Shown: positions 1 through 8,434, numbered from the stretch's first letter. The stretch is 24,000 nt of DNA from Chitinimonas prasina (GCF_030160395.1 NZ_BSOG01000001.1:4117-28116), one strand, 5' to 3'. Notes: a model not told the origin generated them from the sequence alone. Numbers and translations are program-made.

Positions 1-1
1 C

Positions 2-643
2 AAAACCGCCAATCTGGCCGAGCTTGATGCCGCGCTGGAGAAAAAGCTTGCCGGGCGCAGCGATTTTTTTGGGGGTGACGCCGCTATCCTGGATCTGACC
101 GACTGGCCCAGCACAGCCACAGCGCTGGATCTGTCCGGTTTGGTCGCCCTGCTCCGTCGGGCCGGTTTGCAGCCTATCGCCGTCCGGGGGGGCGCTGCTG
201 CCACCCTGAGCGAAGCCAGCAACGCTGGCTTGGTGGTCATGCCCGATACTGCCGCGCGCGAGCTGCCGGCTGAAGCGCGTGAAGCCCCAGCCGCCGCGCC
301 CGCACAGCAATCGCTGATCATAGACAAGCCAGTCCGCAGCGGGCAGCAAGTCTACGCCCGTGGCGGCGACCTGATCGTACTGGCCCTGGTCAGCCATGGT
401 GCCGAGGTCATCGCTGATGGCAATGTCCATGTCTATGCCCCCCTGCGTGGCCGCGCCCTGGCCGGCGCACGGGGCAATAGCGAGGCCCGCATCTTCACCC
501 ATTGCATGGAAGCCGAGTTGCTCTCGGTAGCTGGCGTGTATCGCTCCTTGGACGAGCCACTGCCACAAAGTATCAAGGGTCGTGCCGCGCAAGTCAGGCT
601 CGACGGCAACAAACTGGTCATCGAAGCCTTGAAGCTGGACTGA
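2..643 (+). CDS. minC: Septum site-determining protein MinC; 5' end lies outside the window
   Basis: The frame is open from base 2 to the TGA at 641-643; the tracked ORF 140..643 begins at an internal TTG. The C-terminal region [41 protein letters not shown] is typical of MinC. minD and minE follow directly. Confidence 0.9.
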   Translation, partial: KTANLAELDAALEKKLAGRSDFFGGDAAILDLTDWPSTATALDLSGLVALLRRAGLQPIAVRGGAAATLSEASNAGLVVMPDTAARELPAEAREAPAAAPAQQSLIIDKPVRSGQQVYARGGDLIVLALVSHGAEVIADGNVHVYAPLRGRALAGARGNSEARIFTHCMEAELLSVAGVYRSLDEPLPQSIKGRAAQVRLDGNKLVIEALKLD

Positions 644-674
644 AAACCTTACTCAAATTCACGGGAAACCTAAC

Positions 675-1484
675 GTGGCAAAAATCATCGTCGTCACCTC
701 CGGCAAGGGGGGAGTAGGTAAAACCACTACCAGTGCGAGCTTCGCCTCCGGCCTGGCGCTACGCGGCAAGAAAGTCGCCGTCATCGACTTTGACGTCGGC
801 CTGCGCAACCTCGACCTCATCATGGGTTGCGAGCGTCGCGTGGTCTATGACTTCATCAATGTCATCCAAGGCGAAGCCTCGCTCAAGCAGGCACTGATCA
901 AGGACAAGCACTGCGACAACCTGTTCGTACTGCCCGCATCCCAAACGCGTGACAAGGAAGCACTTACCCGCGAAGGCGTGGAAAAAGTGTTGAAGGAGAT
1001 GGCCGCAGACGGCTTTGACTACATCATCTGCGACTCGCCTGCCGGTATCGAGACAGGTGCCCTGCTGGCCCTCTACTTTGCCGATGAAGCCCTGGTCGTC
1101 ACCAACCCCGAAGTGTCCTCTGTTCGTGATTCCGATCGCATCCTGGGCATACTCGATGCGAAGTCGCGCAAGGCAGAGGAAGGCCAGACACTCAAGGCAC
1201 ACCTGCTGATCACCCGCTACGCCCCCAAGCGTGTGGATGCCGGCGAAATGCTGTCGCTGGACGACATACAGCATCTGCTGCGCATTCCCCTGATCGGCGT
1301 CATCCCCGAATCCGAGTCGGTGTTGCAAGCATCCAACAGTGGTACCCCTGCCGTACACCTTGAGGGTTCCGAGGTCGCCGAGGCCTATAAAGATGTTGTG
1401 GCCCGCTTTCTGGGTGAGGATAAGCCCCTGCGCTTTATCGAAGCGCCCAAGCAAGGCTGGCTCAAGCGCCTGTTCGGAGGTTAA
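675..1484 (+). CDS. minD: Septum site-determining ATPase MinD
   Basis: GTG start. Deviant Walker A motif SGKGGVGKTT, ParA/MinD-family body, and a C-terminal amphipathic helix KQGWLKRLFGG. Gene order is minC-minD-minE. Confidence 0.97.
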   Translation: MAKIIVVTSGKGGVGKTTTSASFASGLALRGKKVAVIDFDVGLRNLDLIMGCERRVVYDFINVIQGEASLKQALIKDKHCDNLFVLPASQTRDKEALTREGVEKVLKEMAADGFDYIICDSPAGIETGALLALYFADEALVVTNPEVSSVRDSDRILGILDAKSRKAEEGQTLKAHLLITRYAPKRVDAGEMLSLDDIQHLLRIPLIGVIPESESVLQASNSGTPAVHLEGSEVAEAYKDVVARFLGEDKPLRFIEAPKQGWLKRLFGG

Positions 1485-1487
1485 TCC

Positions 1488-1748
1488 ATGTCTTTCCTCG
1501 ATTACCTGCTCGGTACCAAGAAGAAATCGGCCTCTGTGGCCCGCGAGCGGCTGCAGATCATCCTGGCGCACGAGCGCGCCGGGCGGGGTGGTCCAGACTA
1601 CCTGCCAGCCTTGCAGCAAGAGCTGATCGCCGTCATTTCCAAGTATGTTTCGGTTGGCCAGGATGACATCAAGGTATCCCTGGAGCGTCAGGATGATTAC
1701 GACGTTCTGGAGGTCAACATCGTCTTGCCGGAAGGTGCAAAACGCTGA
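1488..1748 (+). CDS. minE: Cell division topological specificity factor MinE
   Basis: 86 aa starting 4 nt after the minD stop. N-terminus MSFLDYLLG...[13 protein letters not shown] is MinE-like. Confidence 0.95.
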   Translation: MSFLDYLLGTKKKSASVARERLQIILAHERAGRGGPDYLPALQQELIAVISKYVSVGQDDIKVSLERQDDYDVLEVNIVLPEGAKR

Positions 1749-1755
1749 TCATGGT

Positions 1756-1781
1756 AAAGCCGGGTTCCAACCCGGCTTTTT
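1756..1781 (+). terminator. Intrinsic terminator after minE
   Basis: Stem GCCGGG (1759-1764) pairs with CCCGGC (1771-1776), flanked by AAA and a T-run (1777-1781). Confidence 0.8.
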
Positions 1782-1837
1782 GCTGCCATAATCGCCGCCA
1801 AGCCCGCCAACAGAGCTGGGCCTCATGATCCACCGCC

Positions 1838-3562
1838 ATGACCGACAAGACAGAAGACAACCTACCGCCAGAGCGGCCCATACAACTCGACAAGTTCCTG
1901 AGCCAGCGCGATACCGAGCGCTGGTGCAAGCGCCTGTCCGCCGATTATCCAGCAGCCGATTACTGGCTATGCCACGAAGCCCGCATACTGCAAGGCTTCC
2001 AGCGTGACCAACGGCATGCAGCCCGCTTTGTGGCTGTCGATCTGGACCGGCAAGCCCTGATCAGCGAGGCAAGCGGCCACCCGCTTACCCATTGGCTGGC
2101 CACCCCGGTGGGGGAGCTGGAACACCCCTTCCAGCGCTCCAGTGACCTGGTGCGACTGGTGCTGGCCAGCCTGCGTGCCCTCTCCCACCTGAGCCGTGCC
2201 GGACTTGTCCACGGGGGCTTGCGGCCGGACCTGATCGTCCTGCACCAGAACGACAAGCAAGAGATCGACTACGACAGCCTGACGCTGATCGACTTCGGTG
2301 TAGCCCGCAGCGCCCAGCATCGCATCGAAAAACCCCTGTTCATCGATCTCGCCAGCCCGGACGCCACCTATCTTGCCCCCACCATGCGCGATGCCATACT
2401 GCGTGACTGGCAGACCTACGCCAAGCTGGTGGGCGAAAGCGGCAAGTCCAGCTGGTACGAGCTATCAGAGTCGGCAAGGCACCAGTACGCCAGCGTGCTG
2501 ATACCGGACCTCGCCATCAACACCCTGGACTGGCGTGTCGACCTGTACGCACTGGGCCATTGGTTCAAGCAGATCTCGCTGCACCGCATCGACTACTACA
2601 AGGATGCGCACCAGGAAACGTTGCCGGCGTTGATCAAGAAGATGCAAAAGCCGGTATTGCAAGGTGGCTTCACCAGCCTGGATGCCTGTATCAAGGCCTT
2701 CGAGGCGCTGGAGGTCGACAAGCGCGCCCTGGCCATTGCCGAAGCACCGCAAACAGCCGGTGTGTTCACCATGCAGCCCACGCCCGTGCTGCACCCCAGC
2801 GCGGGTCAGCGCCCGGTGGCGGTACCGTTGCAGGATGATGAGTTCTCCCCCAGCCCCATAGGCATGACGCGCCGTGACAGTCGGCCAGAAGCCCCCAGCG
2901 GTCGCGGTAAGCTGCTGGGTGTCGGTGTCGGCCTGATCATCGTGGCCGCCTTGGGTGCCGCCCTGCTCAGTTCCAAAGAACAGCACGCCAGCCCCAATGA
3001 ACCTGCACCCGCGCCAGCCGACACAGTACAGACTGCCAGCGTCGACGTAGCCCCGCCCGTGCTGACCGACAATAGCGCCAACCCGCCACAACTGGCCGAT
3101 ACCACGGCACTGGCAGGGCTAGCCTTGCCAGAACTGCAGCGAGCCGCCGAAGCAGGCGACCCGGCTGCGCAGACACAGCTGGGCCTGCGCTATCGCAAAG
3201 GCCAGGGAGTGACCGCAGACAATATCAAAGCGGTAGAGTGGTATCGCAAGGCTGCCGAGCAACAACATGCCGATGCACAGGCCTATTTGGGCTTTATGTA
3301 CATGACCGGACGCGGTGTACGGAAGGATGACCTGGAGGCAGTACGCTATTCGCGCCTGGCAGCCGAGCAAGGCAACGCCACAGGCCAGTACAACCTCGCC
3401 CTGATGCACCTGGCTGGTCGCGGCGTACCGCTGGACAAGGTCGCCGCCTACCGCCTGTTAAAGCAAGCTGCCCAGCAGGATGACGCAGCCAGGGCCAGGC
3501 TGGCCGAAGTCCGGCAGCAGTTGAGCGCTGCTCAACTGGCCGACGCCGACGCCAACCCATGA
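1838..3562 (+). CDS. Membrane protein with an N-terminal protein-kinase-like (probably catalytically dead) domain, one TM helix and C-terminal Sel1/TPR-like repeats
   Basis: Kinase-fold landmarks: LVHGGLRPDLIVL sits where HRDLKPxN is expected, and IDFGVAR supplies the DFG motif. A hydrophobic segment LLGVGVGLIIVAALGAALLS is followed by repeated Sel1-type units (AQTQLGLRYRKGQGV..., AQAYLGFMYMTGRGV..., GQYNLALMHLAGRGV...). Confidence 0.7.
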   Translation: MTDKTEDNLPPERPIQLDKFLSQRDTERWCKRLSADYPAADYWLCHEARILQGFQRDQRHAARFVAVDLDRQALISEASGHPLTHWLATPVGELEHPFQRSSDLVRLVLASLRALSHLSRAGLVHGGLRPDLIVLHQNDKQEIDYDSLTLIDFGVARSAQHRIEKPLFIDLASPDATYLAPTMRDAILRDWQTYAKLVGESGKSSWYELSESARHQYASVLIPDLAINTLDWRVDLYALGHWFKQISLHRIDYYKDAHQETLPALIKKMQKPVLQGGFTSLDACIKAFEALEVDKRALAIAEAPQTAGVFTMQPTPVLHPSAGQRPVAVPLQDDEFSPSPIGMTRRDSRPEAPSGRGKLLGVGVGLIIVAALGAALLSSKEQHASPNEPAPAPADTVQTASVDVAPPVLTDNSANPPQLADTTALAGLALPELQRAAEAGDPAAQTQLGLRYRKGQGVTADNIKAVEWYRKAAEQQHADAQAYLGFMYMTGRGVRKDDLEAVRYSRLAAEQGNATGQYNLALMHLAGRGVPLDKVAAYRLLKQAAQQDDAARARLAEVRQQLSAAQLADADANP

Positions 3563-3582
3563 GGTAGTGCAAGGCGCCTAGC

Positions 3583-3613
3583 GGTACGGCAGCCGCCAGT
3601 GGCTTGCCGTACC
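3583..3613. terminator. Strong hairpin between convergent genes; possible bidirectional terminator
   Basis: GGTACGGCAGCC (3583-3594) pairs with GGCTTGCCGTACC (3601-3613) with a one-nt bulge. It lies between the stop of the 1838..3562 gene and the stop of the USP gene. Confidence 0.55.
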
Positions 3614-3703
3614 TACGCACTTTGGTGCACCAGCCCGATCCAGCACCCTTGGCTGGCTGGGCGTGCCTGGGAGGCGATCTCGGGGCAGGCCTCCCGGCAC
3701 TGC

Positions 3704-4540
3704 TCAATGCGACATCAGCACCGGCACCGTCATGGCCTCCAGCATGGTACGGCTTGCCCCACCCATCACCATTTCGCGCAAGCGAGAGTGACCATAGAGT
3801 CCCATCACCAGCAGATCGACCTGCCTGTCGGCAGCCACGGTCAGCAAGACCTCACCGATATCGCGGCTGAACGCCGTGTCCTTCACCACCTCGACCTCCA
3901 CGCCGTGGCGGGCCAGGTATAAACCCACATCTGCACCCGGCAATTGGCCGTGTACGCCGGGATCCATGCTGGCATTGACGATCAGCACAGTCACCTTCTT
4001 GGATCGGCGCAACAAGGGCAAGGCGTCGGTCAGGGCTCGGGTTGCCTCCCGGCTGCCATTCCAGGCCACCATGGCATGCTGATCCAGAGTAGGGAAACTG
4101 CCCGCATGCGGCACCGCCAGTACGGGGCGGCCGCAAGCCATCGCTACATCCTGCAGCAGCGTTGCTGGCAAACCGTCCGCAGGCGAGGCTGGATCGTGCT
4201 GCCCCATCACCACCAGATCCTGATATCGAGCATGCAGGCAGATGGCTTCAGCCGGCACGCCGATCTGCTGATGCCAGCTCGACTGATTGGGATGCTGCTG
4301 GGTCAGACGCTCGAACAACTCCCGCGCCTGCATCGCCGCGCGCTCAATATCTTCATGTATGGCGTAGTAGACCGAACCGGCGCCGCCGCCGGGTTCCATC
4401 ACATTGATGTAGGGCGATGGCGCCACAAACAGCCCTGTCAGATGGGCCTCGTGAGCCTGCGCCAGATGCAGGGCAAAGCGTATGCGGGCGGCGGCGTGTG
4501 GGCCGCTGTCCACCTGGACCAGGATATTGCGATAGCTCAT
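3704..4540 (-). CDS. Universal stress protein, tandem UspA-domain type
   Basis: Two USP domains (MSYRNILVQVD...LVVMG... and ...VAWNGSREA...DLLVMGLYGHSRLREMVMGGASR). The start is placed at ATG 4540 because AGGAGG lies 8 nt upstream; the tracked ORF starts 7 codons earlier. Confidence 0.9.
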   Translation of the reverse strand: MSYRNILVQVDSGPHAAARIRFALHLAQAHEAHLTGLFVAPSPYINVMEPGGGAGSVYYAIHEDIERAAMQARELFERLTQQHPNQSSWHQQIGVPAEAICLHARYQDLVVMGQHDPASPADGLPATLLQDVAMACGRPVLAVPHAGSFPTLDQHAMVAWNGSREATRALTDALPLLRRSKKVTVLIVNASMDPGVHGQLPGADVGLYLARHGVEVEVVKDTAFSRDIGEVLLTVAADRQVDLLVMGLYGHSRLREMVMGGASRTMLEAMTVPVLMSH

Positions 4541-4616
4541 GTTGTGTTCCTCCTGTGGCATTCGAGATAAAAACCTTGCTCAAGTTCGTTTTTATGCCTG
4601 TTTTGACCTCCTGCAT

Positions 4617-4630
4617 TTGATTGGGATCAA
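4617..4630. promoter_or_regulatory. FNR/Anr-type box TTGAT-TGGG-ATCAA upstream of the USP gene
   Basis: Perfect match to the TTGAT-N4-ATCAA consensus, centred about 83 bp upstream of the USP ATG. Confidence 0.7.
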
Positions 4631-4658
4631 GCTCGCCCTCAGAAAACTTAGTTCCCCT
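4623..4658 (+). repeat. Left copy of the 36/37-bp imperfect direct repeat bracketing the accessory island
   Basis: GGGATCAAGCTCGCCCTCAGAAAACTTAGTTCCCCT versus 12091-12127 GGGATCAAGTGCGCCCTCAGAAAACTTAGTTTCCCCT. The copies differ by two substitutions and one extra T. Confidence 0.85.
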
Positions 4659-4660
4659 AG

Positions 4661-5205
4661 GCTTTGTTGCACAATGCAGCTGAAAGTTGAGTTTCCCCAA
4701 ACCCCAGACGGATTTATGCCACCCCCACCGTTTGCGGCTTGCCCAGTTGGGTGAAGTGGTTGAGCAAGGCAGCACGGACTTGCAGCTCCGCTAACTGGTC
4801 CTCGAAGGTGCGTGCCTTCACCCGCTCCCCCAGCAATTTGAAGCAGCGCATCTTGGCTTCGACCAAACTCCGACGGTGGTAACCGCCCCAACGTTTCCAG
4901 ATCGCCGAGCCCAGCCGACGCATCGCGCGCAATGCTTCGTTGCGCACTGCGGCGCCAGCTTGGTTTACCTTGCCAGGCCGGCCGTTCGTCCGCACCGGGA
5001 TGATCGCTTCAGCGCCGCGTTCGGTAATCGTACGGTGGCAGCGCTTGGTGTCGTACGCGCCATCGGTCACCAGGCTGGTGATGGCTTCGTCGGCCGGGAT
5101 CTGCGCCAGCAGATCAGGCAGCACCGGTGTGTCGCCGACGCTGTTCCCCGTCACTTCAATCGCGCAGATTTCCAGCATCTCCGCGTCGATGCCCCGCACC
5201 TTACT
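4661..5205 (-). mobile_element. IS5-family (IS903-group-like) element fragment: terminal inverted repeat plus the 3' half of the transposase gene
   Basis: 4661 starts GGCTTTGTTGCACAA, resembling the IS903-type terminus GGCTTTGTTG. The ORF covers only the C-terminal DDE part. No second IR was found in the window. Confidence 0.7.
4714..5199 (-). pseudogene. Truncated IS5-family DDE transposase (C-terminal about 160 aa only)
   Basis: The translation ...LEICAIEVTGNSVGDTPVLPDLLAQIP...VTDGAYDTKRCH...WGGYHRRSLVEAKMRCFKLLGERV... is IS5/IS903-like. The N-terminal half is absent. Confidence 0.8.
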
Positions 5206-5270
5206 CTCACATAGTCACCAAGTACTTGATCTGACGAAGGTTTTAGTAGGCGGCAGGATTTTACGGGTCG

Positions 5271-5355
5271 GGCTGTTCTAGGGGTGTTCGTAGAACGCAT
5301 CTAGAACAGCCTGAAACAGGCCAAGAACAGAGATAGAACGGGCATAGAACAGTGT
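5271..5355 (+). repeat. 11-bp inverted repeat followed by six phased (10-11 bp period) TAGAAC-type direct repeats
   Basis: GGCTGTTCTAG (5271-5281) is the inverted partner of CTAGAACAGCC (5301-5311). Direct units are tagaacgcatc, tagaacagcc, tgaaacaggcc, aagaacagaga, tagaacgggca and tagaacagtgt, running from 5291. Confidence 0.8.
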
Positions 5356-5364
5356 AGGTAGCAG

Positions 5365-5397
5365 AAAGCCGGTACGGCGTGAACCGGTACCGGCTTT
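5365..5397. terminator. Strong hairpin (11-bp stem), terminator-like
   Basis: AAAGCCGGTAC (5365-5375) pairs with GTACCGGCTTT (5387-5397). The flanking A/T runs are short. Confidence 0.45.
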
Positions 5398-5402
5398 GTG
5401 CA

Positions 5403-5609
5403 CTACGCCTTGCGACCCAATGGGTTACGCGCTACGGGCTGCCGCGCAAAATACAAGACTGACCCCGCGCCTTGTTCGCACACCTGCCCGAGAAGTACCA
5501 GAAATTCCCGGCAATCGCCCTCGGCAAGATAGATGTCTTCACGCCGATCACCGCGTGAGGTGATGTGGTACAGCGCACCTGCGAACTCAAGTCTAAGGGG
5601 GCGGGCCAT
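5403..5609 (-). pseudogene. Truncated RAYT (REP-associated tyrosine transposase): N-terminal about 45 codons fused to a REP
   Basis: MARPLRLEFAGALYHITSRGDRREDIYLAEGDCREFLVLLGQVCE is near-identical to the N-terminus of the 6254..7111 gene. Homology, including the upstream region, spans about 5475-5695 versus about 6975-7196, then breaks at a REP. Confidence 0.85.
5446..5466 (+). repeat. REP copy (GCAAAATACAAGAC-TGACCCC, one C short)
   Basis: Matches the motif TGCAAAAWACAAGACCTGACCCC seen at 5667, 7169 and, inverted, at 6250. Confidence 0.75.
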
Positions 5610-5666
5610 GAGTTTTCAGCAATACCGTTAAGCAGAGGTATCAGTGTAGACCTATCGGCAATGGGA

Positions 5667-5689
5667 TGCAAAAAACAAGACCTGACCCC
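5667..5689 (+). repeat. REP copy TGCAAAAAACAAGACCTGACCCC
   Basis: Same 23-mer as at 7169-7191. Lies upstream of the truncated RAYT. Confidence 0.8.
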
Positions 5690-5699
5690 CATTCTTTTG

Positions 5700-5769
5700 C
5701 GTCAGGCAAGCCGTTTGATTTGAGTCACGGGAAAACGGGGCTTGCTATTCAAGACGGTATCTGACCCCT
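5700..5769 (+). mobile_element. Solo, diverged right-end fragment of the IS110-family element (last about 63 bp plus CT-GACCCCT junction)
   Basis: Aligns to 9636-9704 with several substitutions (gagtcacgggaaaac versus gaatcacagacaaac). It ends in the same ...AAGACGGTATCTGACCCCT. Confidence 0.8.
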
Positions 5770-6124
5770 AGTCCTGCTGCTTCGGCTCGGCACCAATCTT
5801 CCACTTAGAATTGAGAGGAAAAATATCAAACGCATAATATCCGCTAATCACACCTTGGCAATTTTCTAGAAAATTTTTAGCATCCAATTCTTTTTTAAAA
5901 TGGCGGCGAACAAGGCGTTCAAACGACACCAAATCCTCAGATTTTTTCAAAAAAACCTTATAGTTCTTTCCAACCTCAAATCCGCCAGAGATACCAAATC
6001 CAATCTCTCTCACCTTGATCTTTCCTTTAGCAATTTGCTTTACATAACCAATCGTTTGGTACCCACACATTTGCGTGCCTACAGTCCTGACTTCACTACT
6101 TAGCACTCGAACCAACAACACCAA
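5768..6124 (-). CDS. Hypothetical small protein in an AT-rich cassette; possibly 5'-truncated, candidate orphan immunity or secreted protein
   Basis: The tracked start is a TTG. The frame stays open upstream to 6253 and there encodes a signal-peptide-like stretch (WWSRLVFLILSAGSVF) with no ATG, GTG or TTG start. Composition is visibly AT-richer than the flanks. Confidence 0.4.
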   Translation of the reverse strand: MVLLVRVLSSEVRTVGTQMCGYQTIGYVKQIAKGKIKVREIGFGISGGFEVGKNYKVFLKKSEDLVSFERLVRRHFKKELDAKNFLENCQGVISGYYAFDIFPLNSKWKIGAEPKQQD

Positions 6125-6249
6125 ATCCGCCTTTCTAGTGGCAGATACATCCGAATCCCGAACGTATGAATTAGGAAAAACACTGCCGGCCGATAAAATC
6201 AGAAATACTAAACGAGACCACCAAGCAGTGGACCTTGCTAATGCATATC

Positions 6250-6272
6250 GGGGTCAGGTCTTGTATTTTGCA
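6250..6272 (-). repeat. REP copy, inverted orientation (GGGGTCAGGTCTTGTATTTTGCA)
   Basis: Reverse complement of the REP motif. Contains the RAYT stop codon (TCA at 6254-6256, which is TGA on the minus strand). Confidence 0.8.
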
Positions 6273-7111
6273 TTTCTGGACACAATCCTGCTTACCGATG
6301 CGTAATGCAATCCAAAATACTCAGCCACCTCTTGCAAAGTATAACCACCACTCCGGTAGGCCTCGACTATCGCCGTATTCCTTTCCGGATACTGGCCTGC
6401 ATACCAACCCAAGGGCTTGCCTACGGGCCGGCGCTGGGCGCGGGGAATCTCACGCAGACTGCTTGCTGCAGACGCTAGCTGGCTCAGACGAACCTGCATC
6501 TGATCAAGGAATGCATCACTACCCAAGAATACCTGGCCCCGTAACTCTCCCCACGGTGAGCTGCGGCCAACTCCTTGTGCAACGAAGTGGCAGTAACGCT
6601 CGCGGGCTTGGTTAATTTCCTCACCGAAACTCGCCAACAAGGGCTTGACCTCAAGCCAGTCTGGCGTCGTCTCTCCCACCATGGCCGGATAGCTACTCCA
6701 GGGCCAATCGATCAACTCGGCCACCATGCCAGCGCGAAGCGGATTAAGTACGACATAGCGGGACAGTTCCAATAAGTAACTGTCCCGCTCTACCAGAATA
6801 CCTTTGTACCGCCCTTGAAACACATGGCCCACCCGGCCGTGAGTACGATTAAAGTACTGGGTATAGACCCCATTGAGCTGACGCATACCCGCCGACAGGT
6901 TCCCCTCCACCGTCTCCACCACAAGGTGGTAGTGGTTGGTCATCAGGCAATAGGCGTGGATCCGCCAGTTGAACCGTTCGCACACCTGCCCGAGCAGTAC
7001 CAGAAATTCCCGGCGATCGCCCTCGGCAAGATAGATGTCTTCACGCCGATCACCGCGTGAGGTGATGTGGTACAGCGCACCAGCGAACTCCAGTCTAAGG
7101 GGGCGGGCCAT
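6254..7111 (-). CDS. REP-associated tyrosine transposase (RAYT; IS200/IS605 TnpA-like, HUH) with a C-terminal HTH
   Basis: HUH motif in MTNHYHLVVE and a conserved Tyr region SRYVVLNPLRAG. The C-terminal GYTLQEVAEYFGLHYASVSRIV is HTH-like. The gene is flanked by inverted REPs at 6250-6272 and 7169-7191. Confidence 0.92.
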   Translation of the reverse strand: MARPLRLEFAGALYHITSRGDRREDIYLAEGDRREFLVLLGQVCERFNWRIHAYCLMTNHYHLVVETVEGNLSAGMRQLNGVYTQYFNRTHGRVGHVFQGRYKGILVERDSYLLELSRYVVLNPLRAGMVAELIDWPWSSYPAMVGETTPDWLEVKPLLASFGEEINQARERYCHFVAQGVGRSSPWGELRGQVFLGSDAFLDQMQVRLSQLASAASSLREIPRAQRRPVGKPLGWYAGQYPERNTAIVEAYRSGGYTLQEVAEYFGLHYASVSRIVSRNAKYKT

Positions 7112-7168
7112 GGATTGTCAGCGACCTCGTTAAGCAGAGGTATCAGTGTAGACCTAACGGCAATGTGA

Positions 7169-7191
7169 TGCAAAAAACAAGACCTGACCCC
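7169..7191 (+). repeat. REP copy TGCAAAAAACAAGACCTGACCCC
   Basis: Inverted partner of 6250-6272 across the RAYT gene. Confidence 0.8.
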
Positions 7192-8015
7192 AACTCTGTG
7201 TAGTAGAGGGGGTTCAAATTGGTCTCGCTGTGGGCGTCACGGCCAACCCCCATGTGGCAACCGGCATCGGCGCGTTTACGATAGGAAGCGGCATACGCCA
7301 AGTGTATGATGGCAACACCAGCGGTGGATTGACCACGATGGCGTTCGGCGCTCTGGAAATAGGCGGTGGCTATGTTGTAGGGAAAACCCTGAAGGCGCTT
7401 GAGGTGACGACCATGGCGCTGCGCCGAGAGCGGGATGTGTTGGCGGTTGCGTCGATGAGTGAGCATAACCTTCTGCTCGGTGGTACGGCAGTGCGTGGGG
7501 GTGTGAATGTTCCAAACAGTTTTACCAATGAAGGTACAAGTCTAAGTAAGTTAGGGCCGGGAGGATTGCCCGAAGGGCTGAATCCAATGCCAAAGGCAAA
7601 GCTTGATTTCTGGATCGATTATCTGACTAAACGGGGGGTGAAACTTGAGATCGGGACCGATGAAGCCTACCGTGTTTTGAATGCGCGCGGTGCTCAGGGT
7701 CTATTTACGTCAAGGATAGTTGATCATGAGACAAACACATTCGCCAGGACGATATATTTGCCTGAAAATCCGAACGCTTCGGTATTTTATGAGGAGGGGT
7801 TACATGCTTTGGACTCCCTCAAAGGTCGTCCACATGCGATGGAATTGAATGGCCGGACAATTGATGCCTTTGAGTATCGTGCCAAGAGTATTTTGCTGGA
7901 CGCCCCCCAAAGCGCTTTGCATATGAAGAGCGTATGGAATTGGAACAGCAGCTTGAACTCGTCAAGCAGAATCGTTACTGAGAGCGCACATGAAAACGAC
8001 GTTGGAAATATTTAA
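7188..8015 (+). pseudogene. Orphan polymorphic-toxin C-terminal module (glycine-rich pre-toxin PT-TG-like segment plus unknown toxin domain), 5'-truncated at a REP
   Basis: The frame opens immediately after the REP TGA (7185-7187) and the tracked start is an internal GTG at 7230. The Gly-rich hydrophobic stretch ATGIGAFTIGSGIRQVYDGNTSGGLTTMAFGALEIGGGYVVGK resembles pre-toxin TG domains. A small ORF follows. The C-terminal frame is questionable (see findings). Confidence 0.55.
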
Positions 8016-8397
8016 ATTATCGGCGGGCCACTATGAGTTTAGGCTGACATTTTTAAATGACCTGAATCAGTCTATTTTTTTTGAAATGGAAAGTCTGCGG
8101 CGCTCTGCTGAAAGGGTTGGCCTAAGAATTCAGTGCACAACTGGCATACTTGAGCCAATCGAGTTTGAGATGGTTAACTATAGAAATTTGCCACTTCCAA
8201 TTGAACTGGGAGCCGGTCAATCGCGCACTTTGATTTTCCCTGCAGAACTGAAGCGACAGGGTGGTTTTTTGGGGCTCTATTTCACAGGTGCGACATACAA
8301 AGTGGAGCCAGGAGTGACGTATCGCGTTGATTACAAATTTCATGAATTTAGTTCAAATTTTGTTGACTGGAGCGTTACCGGTGATGATGGATTCTAG
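7990..8397 (+). CDS. Candidate cognate immunity protein (hypothetical, 135 aa)
   Basis: ATG lies 9 nt after an alternative-frame toxin stop (7979-7981). The region is AT-rich and the gene occupies the position typical of an immunity gene. No recognisable family. Confidence 0.55.
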   Translation: MKTTLEIFKLSAGHYEFRLTFLNDLNQSIFFEMESLRRSAERVGLRIQCTTGILEPIEFEMVNYRNLPLPIELGAGQSRTLIFPAELKRQGGFLGLYFTGATYKVEPGVTYRVDYKFHEFSSNFVDWSVTGDDGF

Positions 8398-8434
8398 TTC
8401 CAAGCACCACGACTGGCGGATTTAAGAAAACCAT

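Noticed and set aside
759-1619. 286-aa ORF antisense to minD/minE
   Set aside because: It fully overlaps the strongly supported minD/minE genes, and the translation is low-complexity with no motifs. This is a typical shadow ORF of GC-rich DNA.
3944-4570. 208-aa plus-strand ORF (and others at 3599-4136) opposite the USP gene
   Set aside because: Antisense to a clear tandem USP gene. No motifs.
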